This document shows, piece by piece, positions 14,669 through 24,047 of a DNA stretch of 24,047 nucleotides. The notes below the pieces were generated by a model. It worked only from the letters and a program-made list of their open reading frames with translations, searched no databases and was not told the origin of the DNA. The position numbers and the translations under genes were made by a program. Numbering within the stretch: position 1 is the first letter of the stretch; the number at the start of each line of letters is the position of its first letter. The DNA lies in the IMG/VR virus record IMGVR_UViG_3300012231_000050, positions 1 through 24,047 of that record; one strand, given 5' to 3'. The stretch comes from a virus. Lineage: Duplodnaviria; Caudoviricetes.

Positions 14669-15160
14669 GTGAGCATTCTAGATCTTTCCGGCGCTGATGC
14701 TAGTGGTTTCGACGCAGTAGACGCTGGCTCGTACAATAGTACGGTCTACGAGGTAGAAGTGGTTGAAACTTCTGGATCGGGTAAGCTTCCAGCAGGTGTG
14801 CAGATGATTAAGGTGCAGTTTGCAGCACAGGATGAGGGCGTAGAGAACCGTCGGTTCTTTACGAACTTTCCACTGCCCAACGCTGAGCAGCAGCCCGACG
14901 ATAGTAAGCGCAATCGCAGCCTCGGGATGTTCGTGCGGTTTCTCGTCGCACTTGGTTATGACGAGGCCAAGATCAAGTCGAAGGGCTTCGACATTACGAA
15001 GCTGGATGAACTTGTCGGCAAGGAATGTGTTGTTAGGGTCGGCAAGGAACTCTACAAGCGGAACGAGGACGACGAAGGCGAGTGGACCAATCCGGTCAAG
15101 AGCGTCAAGCCTGCGGGATCACCTACGGGTGGATCGGCAGCGCGGAGTGATCTACTCTAA
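14669..15160 (+). CDS. DUF669-like phage ssDNA-binding protein
   Basis: F..V.AGSY...V.EVE...S...MIKVQF...LVGKECVVRV...Y...NPVK; follows the Sak4-like gene. Confidence 0.78.
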   Translation: MSILDLSGADASGFDAVDAGSYNSTVYEVEVVETSGSGKLPAGVQMIKVQFAAQDEGVENRRFFTNFPLPNAEQQPDDSKRNRSLGMFVRFLVALGYDEAKIKSKGFDITKLDELVGKECVVRVGKELYKRNEDDEGEWTNPVKSVKPAGSPTGGSAARSDLL

Positions 15161-15174
15161 GTAGTAAGAAGTAA

Positions 15175-15198
15175 AGGGGGCTACTTCGGTAGCCCCCT
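15175..15198 (+). terminator. Stable UUCG hairpin after the SSB gene (terminator or processing signal)
   Basis: AGGGGGCTAC-TTCG-GTAGCCCCCT; weak U-tract. Confidence 0.6.
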
Positions 15199-15219
15199 AC
15201 TTATCTAAAGGAAGGTTTT

Positions 15220-15714
15220 GTGAAACTCTTTAGTAAACAGCAGACTCCGACAGACGTACGATTCGATGAATTGCTAGAGCAAGTCACTGAGGTTAAAGCT
15301 ACCCTCGCAGAACTGAAGGGTGATAGCCAAGGATTGCTTAAGACAAATCGCTTGCAAGCTGAAGTCAATAAGCTTACAGAATCCCTGACAAAAAAGCAGA
15401 TTGAGTTTGATCGTGAGCAAGAAAAGTGGGATCGTGAGAAGCGTGAGACTGAGCATTTAGTGGGCTTGCAGATGAAGCGCTCAGAATTTGAGTCCGAGTC
15501 GGCAGCACGCGACGCTAAGTTGACTGTGCGCGAGGAGAATCTTGAAGCACAGCAAAAGAGATTCGATGAGCATGTCCTCTTCATCGAGAAGCGCTTTGGC
15601 GAACAGTTCAAATCGCTCAATGGCCTCATGGAGAAATTCTTGGAGCGCATGCCTACGACCAAGCAATTGATTCAAGTCGGAGGACGCAACGGGGATGATG
15701 ATACGAATGCCTGA
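15220..15714 (+). CDS. Coiled-coil hypothetical protein
   Basis: E/K/Q/L-rich heptads; AAGGAAGG RBS. Confidence 0.75.
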   Translation: MKLFSKQQTPTDVRFDELLEQVTEVKATLAELKGDSQGLLKTNRLQAEVNKLTESLTKKQIEFDREQEKWDREKRETEHLVGLQMKRSEFESESAARDAKLTVREENLEAQQKRFDEHVLFIEKRFGEQFKSLNGLMEKFLERMPTTKQLIQVGGRNGDDDTNA

Positions 15715-15886
15715 TTTCACATTCGACAATTGGAACTGGAATCAGAACTATGCGTATTCCAGCAATACCCATTATCCAGTCTACGATATTTCAATTGGAT
15801 CTGGGCTCCCGCCAAAACAACAGACTCCTATGGAGTGGCTGCGTAGTCAGGTAGAAGATATTTGTGCTCTAGCGAGGACACTATGA
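15707..15886 (+). CDS. Small hypothetical protein
   Basis: C-terminal TPMEWLRSQVEDICALA; start 15695-15707. Confidence 0.6.
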   Translation: MPDFTFDNWNWNQNYAYSSNTHYPVYDISIGSGLPPKQQTPMEWLRSQVEDICALARTL

Positions 15887-16044
15887 GTCAGCAGGAAGAC
15901 ATAGGCAAAGCCATTTTGAGTCTTAAAGCCCTGTACCCAAATACATCTACGTCAGAACGATCTGATATGGTGCATGCACATATTGCACAGTATGGTTCGC
16001 CGCCGCATGTAATTTCAACCAACGGTTCAGGTGCAGGAAAGTAA
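15883..16044 (+). CDS. Small hypothetical protein
   Basis: GAGGA RBS; ATGA coupling. Confidence 0.55.
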   Translation: MSQQEDIGKAILSLKALYPNTSTSERSDMVHAHIAQYGSPPHVISTNGSGAGK

Positions 16045-18193
16045 TTTACTACTAGATTTCTTTCGTCTTGTTTTCGGTGATACGGTAGGGTGGCTTTGCA
16101 TAGCAACTGAGTCCTCCGTTAAAGGGGATTTTCGCCAACGATTCTTCCAATGGCCTCTCCAGCAGAGCGAGCTTCTCGCTTATGTTAACAAAGAGAAGTC
16201 TAATAAGAATGTATGGTTCGGGGTTAACCTACTAAATCGAAAAGAACGATCGAAGGAATCTTGTAGATCAGGGCATGTCCTATGGGCAGATCTAGACGAT
16301 TGCTCGCCTGACATAGTGGAACCCAAACCACAGGTGGTAATCGAATCATCTCCCGGCAGATATCAAGCCCTGTGGCGAGTCGATGAAGATATCGACCCAA
16401 AAATCGCTGAGGATTATTCTCGACGCATATATTCTCAGTATCGCGACAACGGCGTAGATTCGGGTTGGGCTTTAACTAAGCTCCTGCGCGTACCATTTAC
16501 GCAGAACTTTAAGCCTGAGTACAATAAGAGCAAGCCAAAAGTCAAACTAATACGAGCGCTTGAGGAAACTCTCGGGGTCGATGTATTTGATCAACTGTCC
16601 TTTACTCGCGCAAGTGACGAAGATAAGCTCGAAGATGCAGCAGTACCTAAAGTCGCTGATGATGCAGACGCAATCATCGCTAGGCACTTTGGTCGACTAT
16701 CAGAACGAGGATTTCCCCATGTGTGGGGGATTGATGCCGTCAAAGGGGAGCGATCCTCAAAGCTTTGGAATCTTATCTGCATTTGCCTAGAAGCAGGACT
16801 TACCGAGGAAGAAACGTACACGGTTGCGTACCATTCGACCGTTAACAAATATCGGATTGACAATCGACCAGATCGTTATCTTTGGCGTGAAGTTAAGAAG
16901 GCCGCACTCCAACTTAAGAACTTTACAGTTCTCGGTAATGCCGTCCCGTTTGAAATGCCTGAGCTTATTCCTGGGGATAACTACAAGTTAGGTAGTTCTC
17001 TGATTGAACGATACATTCGATGGGGCACGAAGGTAACCGATGCCGTTCCGCGCTACCATGAACTTACGGTCTTCATCGTCTTATCCTCTCTCTTGGCGGG
17101 GAATATAAAACTAGAGACTTCGTTCGGCACCGTTCGCCCCAACCTGTGGGGTCTAATTTTCGGGGAATCCACTCTTTGCCGTAAGACAACTGCAATGCGC
17201 TTAGGAATCGACATCCTCGAATTCGTAGATACAGATGTCCTACTTGGTACAGATGGTTCTGCTGAGGGTATCATTAAGGAACTGTCAAGCAGGCCAGGAC
17301 GGACATCGATGTTCTACCGAGACGAAGTAGTGGGTCTAATGAATTCAATGCGCGACAAGAAGTACCAAGCGGGAATGCCGCAGTTGTTCACGCAACTTTA
17401 TGACGGTACTCCAGTTAAGCGGGTGCTAGCCAAAGAGTCCGTATACGCGCAGAGTCCGGTCTTCATCTTTTTCGGTGGTGGTATCACAGATCAGTTTTAT
17501 ACAGCCGTAGGTGAAGATTTCGTTCATTCGGGATTCTTGCCGCGCTTCTTGGTAGTCGCAGGTGTAACTGATAAGTCCCGATTAAGACGGCTTGGCCCTC
17601 CTACGCAAGAGAATCAAGACGAAAAGCAACATATCTATGCCAAGATGCACGAATTGTATCATCGCTATATGATAGAAGAAGATGTTCAAATTGCGGGTCT
17701 GCCAGCTATGGAGCCTGCCGAGACAGTAGCTTTCATGAATAAAGAGGCATACGACTTGTACGGAGATATCAACGACCGCTTCACAGAGGGTGCAGAAAAA
17801 GCACCGAATCCCTCTCTAGCAATTCCGACCTTTGAACGGTTATCTATGTCATTGCTAAAGATGGCTATTCTTGCGGCTGCTACGCGACAGGAGCCGGACG
17901 AACTGAGAATTGAAGTGACAGAACTCGATATCCGCAGAGCTTGCAAATACGTACAAGAATGGGGGTGGGACACGATTGACGTAATTACGCACGTCGGTCA
18001 GACGATTGCTATGAAGACAATCGACAGATGCCATAGGTACATTCAGACGCATTCTGGTACTACACGATCTACGATGATGCGAGCATTGAATCTCAACAAG
18101 AGACAAATCATTGAGATTGAAGAAACACTAGAAGCACGCGGCCATATCAGAGTGCTTCCTCAAGGAAGGGGAAAAATCTATGAAGCAATCTAG
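16031..18193 (+). CDS. RepB-like (AEP) DNA primase fused to a DUF3987-like P-loop domain
   Basis: LWADLD, IESSPGRYQALW, LLRVPFTQN; C-half GESTLCRKTT, GSAEG, RDE, SGFLPRF; C-terminal winged-helix-like end. Confidence 0.88.
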   Translation: MQESNLLLDFFRLVFGDTVGWLCIATESSVKGDFRQRFFQWPLQQSELLAYVNKEKSNKNVWFGVNLLNRKERSKESCRSGHVLWADLDDCSPDIVEPKPQVVIESSPGRYQALWRVDEDIDPKIAEDYSRRIYSQYRDNGVDSGWALTKLLRVPFTQNFKPEYNKSKPKVKLIRALEETLGVDVFDQLSFTRASDEDKLEDAAVPKVADDADAIIARHFGRLSERGFPHVWGIDAVKGERSSKLWNLICICLEAGLTEEETYTVAYHSTVNKYRIDNRPDRYLWREVKKAALQLKNFTVLGNAVPFEMPELIPGDNYKLGSSLIERYIRWGTKVTDAVPRYHELTVFIVLSSLLAGNIKLETSFGTVRPNLWGLIFGESTLCRKTTAMRLGIDILEFVDTDVLLGTDGSAEGIIKELSSRPGRTSMFYRDEVVGLMNSMRDKKYQAGMPQLFTQLYDGTPVKRVLAKESVYAQSPVFIFFGGGITDQFYTAVGEDFVHSGFLPRFLVVAGVTDKSRLRRLGPPTQENQDEKQHIYAKMHELYHRYMIEEDVQIAGLPAMEPAETVAFMNKEAYDLYGDINDRFTEGAEKAPNPSLAIPTFERLSMSLLKMAILAAATRQEPDELRIEVTELDIRRACKYVQEWGWDTIDVITHVGQTIAMKTIDRCHRYIQTHSGTTRSTMMRALNLNKRQIIEIEETLEARGHIRVLPQGRGKIYEAI

Positions 18194-18344
18194 GTGGGGC
18201 ACCCTCTCGAAACATGAGAGGATCACCATTCATCACGCATTGCGTGTCTATCTTCTCCATCCCCTAACGGTGTTGGATAGTACGGATGCAGTTACCGCTA
18301 GAAATCTCGCAGATGAGATATGGAAGGAGATAGAAGGTGAGTAA
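18180..18344 (+). CDS. Small hypothetical protein (54 aa, not in the ORF track)
   Basis: MKQSRWGTLSKHERITIHHALRVY... fills the gap and overlaps both neighbours. Confidence 0.55.
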   Translation: MKQSRWGTLSKHERITIHHALRVYLLHPLTVLDSTDAVTARNLADEIWKEIEGE

Positions 18345-18663
18345 AGGCGGATCGAAGGCAGAACAACTAAAGGCTCTGCAATCACAGGTCGATGACGAAT
18401 TTACGGAATGGGCAAAACTAGGTCTTCACCCTACTTTGTTACAGCACGGCAATGAATCTATATGGGCGATGAAGTTGCAGCTTCAATCCATGATGAACTT
18501 GCTGATCAGACTTGAAATTCTGGACGAGATGGACTTGAACATCGAGTACAAGCGATTGCAACTCAATGACATGCGTGCTCTTTTGGAGCAGGCTAGGGAG
18601 CAAACTCGCGAGGCAATAGCACCAAAGCCCCAAATCATAATTCCTATAGATAGGCAATTCTAA
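18337..18663 (+). CDS. Hypothetical protein
   Basis: AAGGAG RBS; 108 aa. Confidence 0.72.
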   Translation: MSKGGSKAEQLKALQSQVDDEFTEWAKLGLHPTLLQHGNESIWAMKLQLQSMMNLLIRLEILDEMDLNIEYKRLQLNDMRALLEQAREQTREAIAPKPQIIIPIDRQF

Positions 18664-18921
18664 ATGTTCACAGCACTGAAGCTAACGTTAGACGGAGACG
18701 GTGCGCTAAATGAATTACTTACTCTGGATCCTAGTCAGTGGCAAAGAGGCGATATCGAAGAAATGATTATTTTAGAAGACGCGACTAATTTGGGGTATCC
18801 CGCGGTTATGCTCAAAATTCAGTGTAGCGATGGTACGATCGTGATCGCCGAAACGACTTGGCGACTTCTGAATACTGCGGTTAATGCAGCAAGGGCTAGG
18901 TACGGCGAGGACGAAACATGA
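18664..18921 (+). CDS. Hypothetical protein
   Basis: Abuts the previous stop codon; 85 aa. Confidence 0.7.
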   Translation: MFTALKLTLDGDGALNELLTLDPSQWQRGDIEEMIILEDATNLGYPAVMLKIQCSDGTIVIAETTWRLLNTAVNAARARYGEDET

Positions 18922-19208
18922 ATCCTAGTCGACTGCAAAGCATTGCAGATGCCGCAACACCCGGACAGTGGGCAAAGGTTTATTGGCCCGTGCCGATGGA
19001 GCACTATTGGATCGGCGTCCACGACGAAGATGAGTTTTCGTCTAGGATGGCAGGACAAATTACTGAAGTCATTCCAAAAGAAGGAGATGCCGATTTAATT
19101 GTACTAGCACCAGAACTAGTGAGGGCACTGATTGATTTGATTGGATATGCAGAAAACATGCCTGGATATCATCAACATCCATTGACAGAAAAGGCAAGAA
19201 GCTTATGA
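18918..19208 (+). CDS. Ead/Ea22-like phage protein
   Basis: ADAATPGQW...DADLIVLAP motif. Confidence 0.65.
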   Translation: MNPSRLQSIADAATPGQWAKVYWPVPMEHYWIGVHDEDEFSSRMAGQITEVIPKEGDADLIVLAPELVRALIDLIGYAENMPGYHQHPLTEKARSL

Positions 19209-19342
19209 AAGGCGTACTGCTTACCTTTGGTTGTATAATTGCGGGAACTTTAGTCTCAACGATCGATCCGATTTCAGGCTTGGCATTGCTCGTAGTGGGG
19301 GGTATCGCGGGAATCGTGCTTATTTGGACGGAGTTATCGTGA
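19205..19342 (+). CDS. Small two-TM membrane protein (45 aa, not in the ORF track)
   Basis: MKGVLLTFGCIIAGTLVSTIDPISGLALLVVGGIAGIVLIWTELS; ATGA and GTGA overlaps. Confidence 0.7.
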   Translation: MKGVLLTFGCIIAGTLVSTIDPISGLALLVVGGIAGIVLIWTELS

Positions 19343-19713
19343 CACTTACACCGAATGAATATCAAGAGCAAACGCAGACAACTGCTATCTATCCGGCGGG
19401 TGTTGAGGTATCCTTAAGAAATCCGGCCTATCTGCGAGAATGGTTGCCAATTTCGTATTGTGCAACGGGACTCAATGGCGAAGCGGGGGAGATTGCCAAT
19501 CTAGTTAAGAAGGCTCTTAGAGACGAGGGTGGCTTTATCTCTACGGATCGACGGGAGAAGTTGTTTGGTGAAATTGGTGACGCGCAGTGGTATATCTCAG
19601 AACTCTGCACATCGCTCGGATTCAAGCTTGAAGATGTCATGGAATACAACCTAGTCAAACTTAACAAGCGCCAAGAAGAAAATGTACTAACGGGCGATGG
19701 ATCAGACAGATAG
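19339..19713 (+). CDS. MazG-like nucleoside triphosphate pyrophosphohydrolase
   Basis: NEYQ...TAIYP...GLNGEAGEIANLVKK...EIGDAQWY...NLVKLNKR...GDGSDR; GTG 19339 start. Confidence 0.88.
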   Translation: MTLTPNEYQEQTQTTAIYPAGVEVSLRNPAYLREWLPISYCATGLNGEAGEIANLVKKALRDEGGFISTDRREKLFGEIGDAQWYISELCTSLGFKLEDVMEYNLVKLNKRQEENVLTGDGSDR

Positions 19714-19715
19714 AT

Positions 19716-20357
19716 TTGAAGCCCACGGAAATTCAAATTAGGAATGGTACGTTTAAGTACGTCGACAGAATCCTGTTCAAACGATGCACAGGTCCAGCCC
19801 ACGAAGAACCGGAATATTTGCCAGCAACCGAGAAGTATTTTCATTTCCATAGAAAAGGTAAATATGCGGGACAACCGCTCCCTCGATGTAGATTGTGCGT
19901 TAACTGGAATAAGATTCAATCCCCTGGGTCACATCAGGGCTATGTTTCTATTCGTGTAGCACAGCAGTTCTTTGTCGAGGCGACCAATCGTATTGGGGCT
20001 TGGGAACTTGCCCAAAGGACTGGATTGAGTCCTACCACGATTCGTAAAGTTCTAACGACTACCGAAGGAAACATTCGCAAAACGGTACTACGAAAGGTAA
20101 TGCTTGAACTCACATCGATTCAACGTAAACGTGAATACTCCATTTCGAATGGGGCAAAATGGCGGGCGCGACAACGCCTCTTCGACGGATACGATGTATG
20201 TGCTGGTTGCGGTACGCCTAAGACCAACATCTCACTTAGATGCTCGAATTGTTACGAGCGTTATCGTACTCTCTTTAAGGACGGGACAATTTCTGAGAAT
20301 GAGTGGAGTGCAATAAAATGGCAATTGTCATCGCAATATCAGCCGCTGTGGTTATAG
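19716..20357 (+). CDS. Zn-finger/HTH DNA-binding hypothetical protein
   Basis: CTGPAH...CRLC; ELAQRTGLSPTTIRKV helix-turn-helix-like; CAGC...CSNC. Confidence 0.7.
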   Translation: MKPTEIQIRNGTFKYVDRILFKRCTGPAHEEPEYLPATEKYFHFHRKGKYAGQPLPRCRLCVNWNKIQSPGSHQGYVSIRVAQQFFVEATNRIGAWELAQRTGLSPTTIRKVLTTTEGNIRKTVLRKVMLELTSIQRKREYSISNGAKWRARQRLFDGYDVCAGCGTPKTNISLRCSNCYERYRTLFKDGTISENEWSAIKWQLSSQYQPLWL

Positions 20358-20379
20358 TTACGATCATTCAATTCGCTTC

Positions 20380-20853
20380 ATGGTTGGCAAGCAAATGAAG
20401 GGCTATCTATCTGGCCCGATGCTAGGATACTCGGGAGAGAATTACGCGACTTTCGAATTATGGGCAGTACGCCTACGCGAACGTGGTCACGAAGTTCTAT
20501 CCCCCCATGAGGTAGAGTTACCGACTATGATCGCAGAAGAAGATAAGATTGCGTATTATATGCGCAAAGACATCGAAATGGTAATGAAGTCCGATTGTCT
20601 CTGGATGATCCCCGGATGGATGTACTCTCTCGGAGCCAAGATTGAAGTATCGGTCGCAATGGCTTTGAGGTTACCTCTATACGACGTGAAATCAGGGGAA
20701 TTACTAGACATTCGACGGATTCACCATGTTGTAGAGTGTGGCCATGGCCGTCGCGTTACGGTACTAGGAAACGAACTAACTACGTACAGCAAATGCGAAG
20801 ACTGTTACCGCTTCCCGATCTACGACGACAAGTTTAGGATGGACGCGATATGA
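20380..20853 (+). CDS. DUF4406 / nucleoside 2-deoxyribosyltransferase-like protein
   Basis: YLSGPMLG...N..TF...VLSP...YMRKDI...D...IPGW..SLGAKIE; start may be 20395. Confidence 0.8.
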   Translation: MVGKQMKGYLSGPMLGYSGENYATFELWAVRLRERGHEVLSPHEVELPTMIAEEDKIAYYMRKDIEMVMKSDCLWMIPGWMYSLGAKIEVSVAMALRLPLYDVKSGELLDIRRIHHVVECGHGRRVTVLGNELTTYSKCEDCYRFPIYDDKFRMDAI

Positions 20854-20933
20854 TCTGGGCAGCTATTATCGTAGGTTTGGTACTCATTGCGTGGTGTATA
20901 TATCTGGCATGGAAGGATGATTTGCTACCATGA
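20850..20933 (+). CDS. Small single-TM protein (27 aa)
   Basis: MIWAAIIVGLVLIAWCIYLAWKDDLLP; ATGA overlaps at both ends. Confidence 0.6.
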   Translation: MIWAAIIVGLVLIAWCIYLAWKDDLLP

Positions 20934-21226
20934 ACGACATCGAGACGATCCGGGAGGCGCTGCACACGCTTTACGCCTATACGAGCGACGACGCAAACCC
21001 ACCGGGTGAAGGACGATCATGGACGCATGAGCAGGGTCGCGCAGCACTAGGTCGTATTCAGACGGTTGTAGCAAGGCTACCCGAAGTAGTTGCGCTCATT
21101 GACGAACTGCTCGATAGTGAACCTCGCCGACACACCGAGGGTAAAGGCACTTGGGTATTTGACGAAGAATACCTGCGGGAACTACGCACTAGCCTACGAC
21201 GACAAGTTCGGGTGGATGCAGTATAA
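20930..21226 (+). CDS. Hypothetical protein
   Basis: Coupled ORF of 98 aa. Confidence 0.65.
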   Translation: MNDIETIREALHTLYAYTSDDANPPGEGRSWTHEQGRAALGRIQTVVARLPEVVALIDELLDSEPRRHTEGKGTWVFDEEYLRELRTSLRRQVRVDAV

Positions 21227-21489
21227 TGGCCGAGAAAATGGAATGCCCCGGATGTCGGAGCTATAGCTCATCCATTAATCGTGCTGTTCTCAATGGGGAA
21301 CCCTGCCCTAATTGTGGTCTTCCCGCTCTAATTATCCTAGAAGTAGAGGCCGTGCAGAATCTCCGCATAGAGAATGATCTGAAAGAACGGCATGTTGAAG
21401 TTCTAATTTATAACGGACGATTAAGAACCGAAGTTACTCTACTACGCTGCATACTCGCTGACGTGAAGTACGCATTACGTGATGCCTGA
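21226..21489 (+). CDS. Zn-ribbon hypothetical protein
   Basis: CPGC...CPNCG; TAATG coupling. Confidence 0.7.
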   Translation: MAEKMECPGCRSYSSSINRAVLNGEPCPNCGLPALIILEVEAVQNLRIENDLKERHVEVLIYNGRLRTEVTLLRCILADVKYALRDA

Positions 21490-23875
21490 GCCAAAAGCAC
21501 CACACGCTAATTGCGAAGAGTGTCCGCTACTGAAGAAGCCGTGCGCCCAAACAATTAAGGCAATCGGCAAACCTGTGGCAGCCTTTGTAAGTCGAAGTCC
21601 GGGCTATCATGAATCGCGTACAGGCAAGCCATTCTCCGGACCTTCAGGTAAAGTTTTAGATTTCCTACTAAATGAGCAGGGGATAAATCGTAAAGATGTT
21701 CTACTCACTAATACGGTCCTATGTGCGCCAGATGAGGGTGAAGTACCTCCGGCGGCAATTAAGGCATGTGCTCCGCGACTTAAATCCGAACTCGACGGTA
21801 TTAGCCTTGTTATCGCTGCGGGACGCGAAGCGGTTAATCTCCTTATTGGGCGCGGCGCAATCGACAAATACCGTGGTTACCGTATTCAGCAAGAGGGGAG
21901 AATTGTTGTCGCTACGAATAACCCTGCCCTTGTACTCCGAGACGATAGCACTTTTCCAAACCTCAAAAAAGACTTTAGACGAGCCTTCAATCCCTTACCA
22001 GAACCGAAATTCCCGAAAGTAGAGGTAATCGAAGATGCCGACGGCGCTCGACAACTCTTACATCATCTCCATTCCAGTAAGAGTAAATGCATCGCGGCCG
22101 ATATCGAATCGCGCGGTGGACTTACTCATAAAGCGTCTCTCGTCAGCATTCAATTTAGTGTTGACGGACGAACTGCTTACGTTCTTGGAGAGCGCGGAGG
22201 GTTGTGGGAGAATGACAGCTTTGTGGGAAGTGAGTTACGACCCTTCCTTGAATCCGAAGATCACCGTTTCCTTTGGCATAACGGAAAATTCGACGTTAAA
22301 ATCCTCAGATACACCTACGGAATCAACGCCAGAATAGATGAAGATACACTACTGCTCTCGTATGATCTTGATGAGCGTAGTGGCCAAACGGAAAAAGCAC
22401 AAGGCGGATACCATAAACTAGAGTACCTTCTTTCTGAGGAATTCGGCTGGCCTGACTATGAACCTAATTCAGTCAAGCAATTTAAGAAGGATGGAGTAGT
22501 TCGCGACTACGACGAGTTTCACGAATATGCTGGTCGAGATGTTGCGGGCACATATCAGCTATACGAACTATTGAGTAAAAAAGTAAAAGAAGAAAAGCTT
22601 GAACGCCCCTATAGAGAATTGCTAATCGAGGGTGCCGAAGCATGCTCCCGCATCGAGCCTGTGGGGTTCTTCTACAATGTGCAGGCTGCCGCAGACATGA
22701 TGGAAGAGGAAGTCAATCCTGAACTACGTCGATTGACAGCTTCTCTTAGGGAGATTATCGACAATCCCCTCTTTAAACCTCGCTCGCCTCTACAAGCATC
22801 GAAGCTATTCTACAACGATTGGCGAATCGTCCATGCTATGCGCGATAGACCAGACAAAGATCGGTCTGTTGATGTCGCTGCACTCAACGAGATTATCGCA
22901 GGACGCTTTACCAACGGTGCAGGAATCACTAAAGGTGATCACGAATACGATATAATCATTCAATTCGCAACGGAATTGAAGCGCTTTAGACAACTTGCGA
23001 AGCAGGCCGATACATATATCGTCGGATTGATTGAACGTGCAATTCAAGATCCAGACGAAAAAATCTATACGGACTTGCTTATGCATGGAACCACCACAGG
23101 ACGGTTGTCGTCGCGCAATCCAAACCTTCAGAACATTACTCGCACGAAGCCGGACCTACCGGACATTCGCTCTCTGTTCCTAGCTTCGCCTGGACGATTG
23201 CTAGTACAGGCAGATTATTCGCAGGCAGAACTTCGGTGCATCGCCTATTTCTCGCAAGATCCAGAGTTATTGCGCATCTACAATGAAGACTTGGATTTGC
23301 ATGGTATTGCGGCGTCTAACTTTTACGGTGAGAATTTCACGTCAGAGCAACGTAGTCGCGCAAAGAACATGAACTTCGGGCTGTTCTACGGACAGTCTGC
23401 CGCAACATTCCGAGAGAAGCATGACATTCCAGAGAAAGAAGCACAACAGTATATTGATTGGGCATGGAAGAATTTCTCATCAGTGCGAGAGTTTAAAACT
23501 ACTCTCATTGCTAATATGCGAAAGCGTGGCTATGTCGAATCACCTTTCGGACGTAGGCGACGCTTTCACCTTATTACCAAAGAAAATGCGAACGCTATCT
23601 TTCGGGAGGCATTCAACTTCCTACCGCAGTCGACCGCAGGCGATTTCACACTACGTTCTGTTATTGTGCTGCAAAGGGAAATTGATCCTAAACGTGCCGC
23701 TATTTTAATTACTGTCCACGATAACATCGTCAGCGACGTAAAGGAGTCCTACGTGGATGAATACAGCACGGTCTGTCGACAAGTAATGGAGAACCGTCCA
23801 TTGGTAGAGATAGGCTGGACTATTCCTTTCAAGATCGATATTGGTGTTGGTAACTCTTGGGGAGCAGCTAAATGA
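21482..23875 (+). CDS. Family A DNA polymerase with N-terminal uracil-DNA-glycosylase-like (family 4, Fe-S) domain and 3'-5' exonuclease
   Basis: UDG-like: CEECPL, PG..E..TGKPFSGPSG, TNTVLC. Exonuclease: DIE, HNGKFD, YAGRD. Polymerase: TGRLSSRNPNLQNI, DYSQAELR, RSRAKNMNFGLFYG, VHD. Confidence 0.95.
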   Translation: MPEPKAPHANCEECPLLKKPCAQTIKAIGKPVAAFVSRSPGYHESRTGKPFSGPSGKVLDFLLNEQGINRKDVLLTNTVLCAPDEGEVPPAAIKACAPRLKSELDGISLVIAAGREAVNLLIGRGAIDKYRGYRIQQEGRIVVATNNPALVLRDDSTFPNLKKDFRRAFNPLPEPKFPKVEVIEDADGARQLLHHLHSSKSKCIAADIESRGGLTHKASLVSIQFSVDGRTAYVLGERGGLWENDSFVGSELRPFLESEDHRFLWHNGKFDVKILRYTYGINARIDEDTLLLSYDLDERSGQTEKAQGGYHKLEYLLSEEFGWPDYEPNSVKQFKKDGVVRDYDEFHEYAGRDVAGTYQLYELLSKKVKEEKLERPYRELLIEGAEACSRIEPVGFFYNVQAAADMMEEEVNPELRRLTASLREIIDNPLFKPRSPLQASKLFYNDWRIVHAMRDRPDKDRSVDVAALNEIIAGRFTNGAGITKGDHEYDIIIQFATELKRFRQLAKQADTYIVGLIERAIQDPDEKIYTDLLMHGTTTGRLSSRNPNLQNITRTKPDLPDIRSLFLASPGRLLVQADYSQAELRCIAYFSQDPELLRIYNEDLDLHGIAASNFYGENFTSEQRSRAKNMNFGLFYGQSAATFREKHDIPEKEAQQYIDWAWKNFSSVREFKTTLIANMRKRGYVESPFGRRRRFHLITKENANAIFREAFNFLPQSTAGDFTLRSVIVLQREIDPKRAAILITVHDNIVSDVKESYVDEYSTVCRQVMENRPLVEIGWTIPFKIDIGVGNSWGAAK

Positions 23876-24047
23876 CGGACGATGACATTGAGACGGTGAG
23901 GGAACCATGCGAATGTGGATGCCCCGGCGACAAGTACGACGGCCACTGCTGCGAAGACTACGGCATCGCCACGCTGTTCGCCCTGATAGCTCATGACGCG
24001 CTGGCTGCTTCGCGGGGCACGGAGGAAACGCCAGTCGACCCGACCGA
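23872..24047 (+). CDS. Hypothetical protein, truncated by the window end
   Basis: ATGA overlap with the polymerase stop; MTDDDIETVREPCECGC... stays open to the end. Confidence 0.6.
   Translation, partial: MTDDDIETVREPCECGCPGDKYDGHCCEDYGIATLFALIAHDALAASRGTEETPVDPT

Noticed and set aside
19231-19338. Long N-terminus of the MazG-like ORF
   Set aside because: The region is better explained by the 45-aa membrane protein gene 19205-19342, which is coupled to a GTG start at 19339.
165-23994. Minus-strand ORFs in the track
   Set aside because: Nearly all lie antisense to well-supported, translationally coupled plus-strand genes and show no recognisable motifs.

Overview
Fragment of a dsDNA bacteriophage genome with essentially all genes on the + strand, many of them coupled by overlapping stop/start codons. 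The host is possibly an actinobacterium (inference from an Rpf/SLT-like muralytic protein). From about 4.2 kb onward the window is a replication/recombination module mixed with small hypothetical genes: HNH nuclease, SNF2-type helicase, SLOG-fold protein, Cas4/RecB-like exonuclease, Sak4/AAA_24 ATPase, DUF669-like SSB, RepB-type primase fused to a DUF3987-like domain, MazG-like pyrophosphatase, and a family A DNA polymerase with an N-terminal UDG-like domain. The striking part is 672-4190. A TTGACA-N17-TAGGCT promoter precedes about 1.5 kb of non-coding, highly structured RNA, followed by a Ro60/Rsr (TROVE+vWA) gene. The RNA block holds a tandem array of eight Y-RNA-like units (775-1585). Each has a constant bipartite scaffold (stem-GRTGCG-stem-TACTTC ... 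stem-GTTC-stem) whose stems change sequence but keep pairing, and a variable tRNA-mimic payload: permuted tRNA bodies, T-arms or anticodon-like stem-loops. One unit appears circularly permuted. After the array come two paralogous copies of an unrecognised, doubly pseudoknotted RNA (1592-1759, 1940-2202) and a five-codon minigene. A separately promoted C-rich small RNA follows the Ro60 gene. All structures were derived by eye; no database search or folding program was run.
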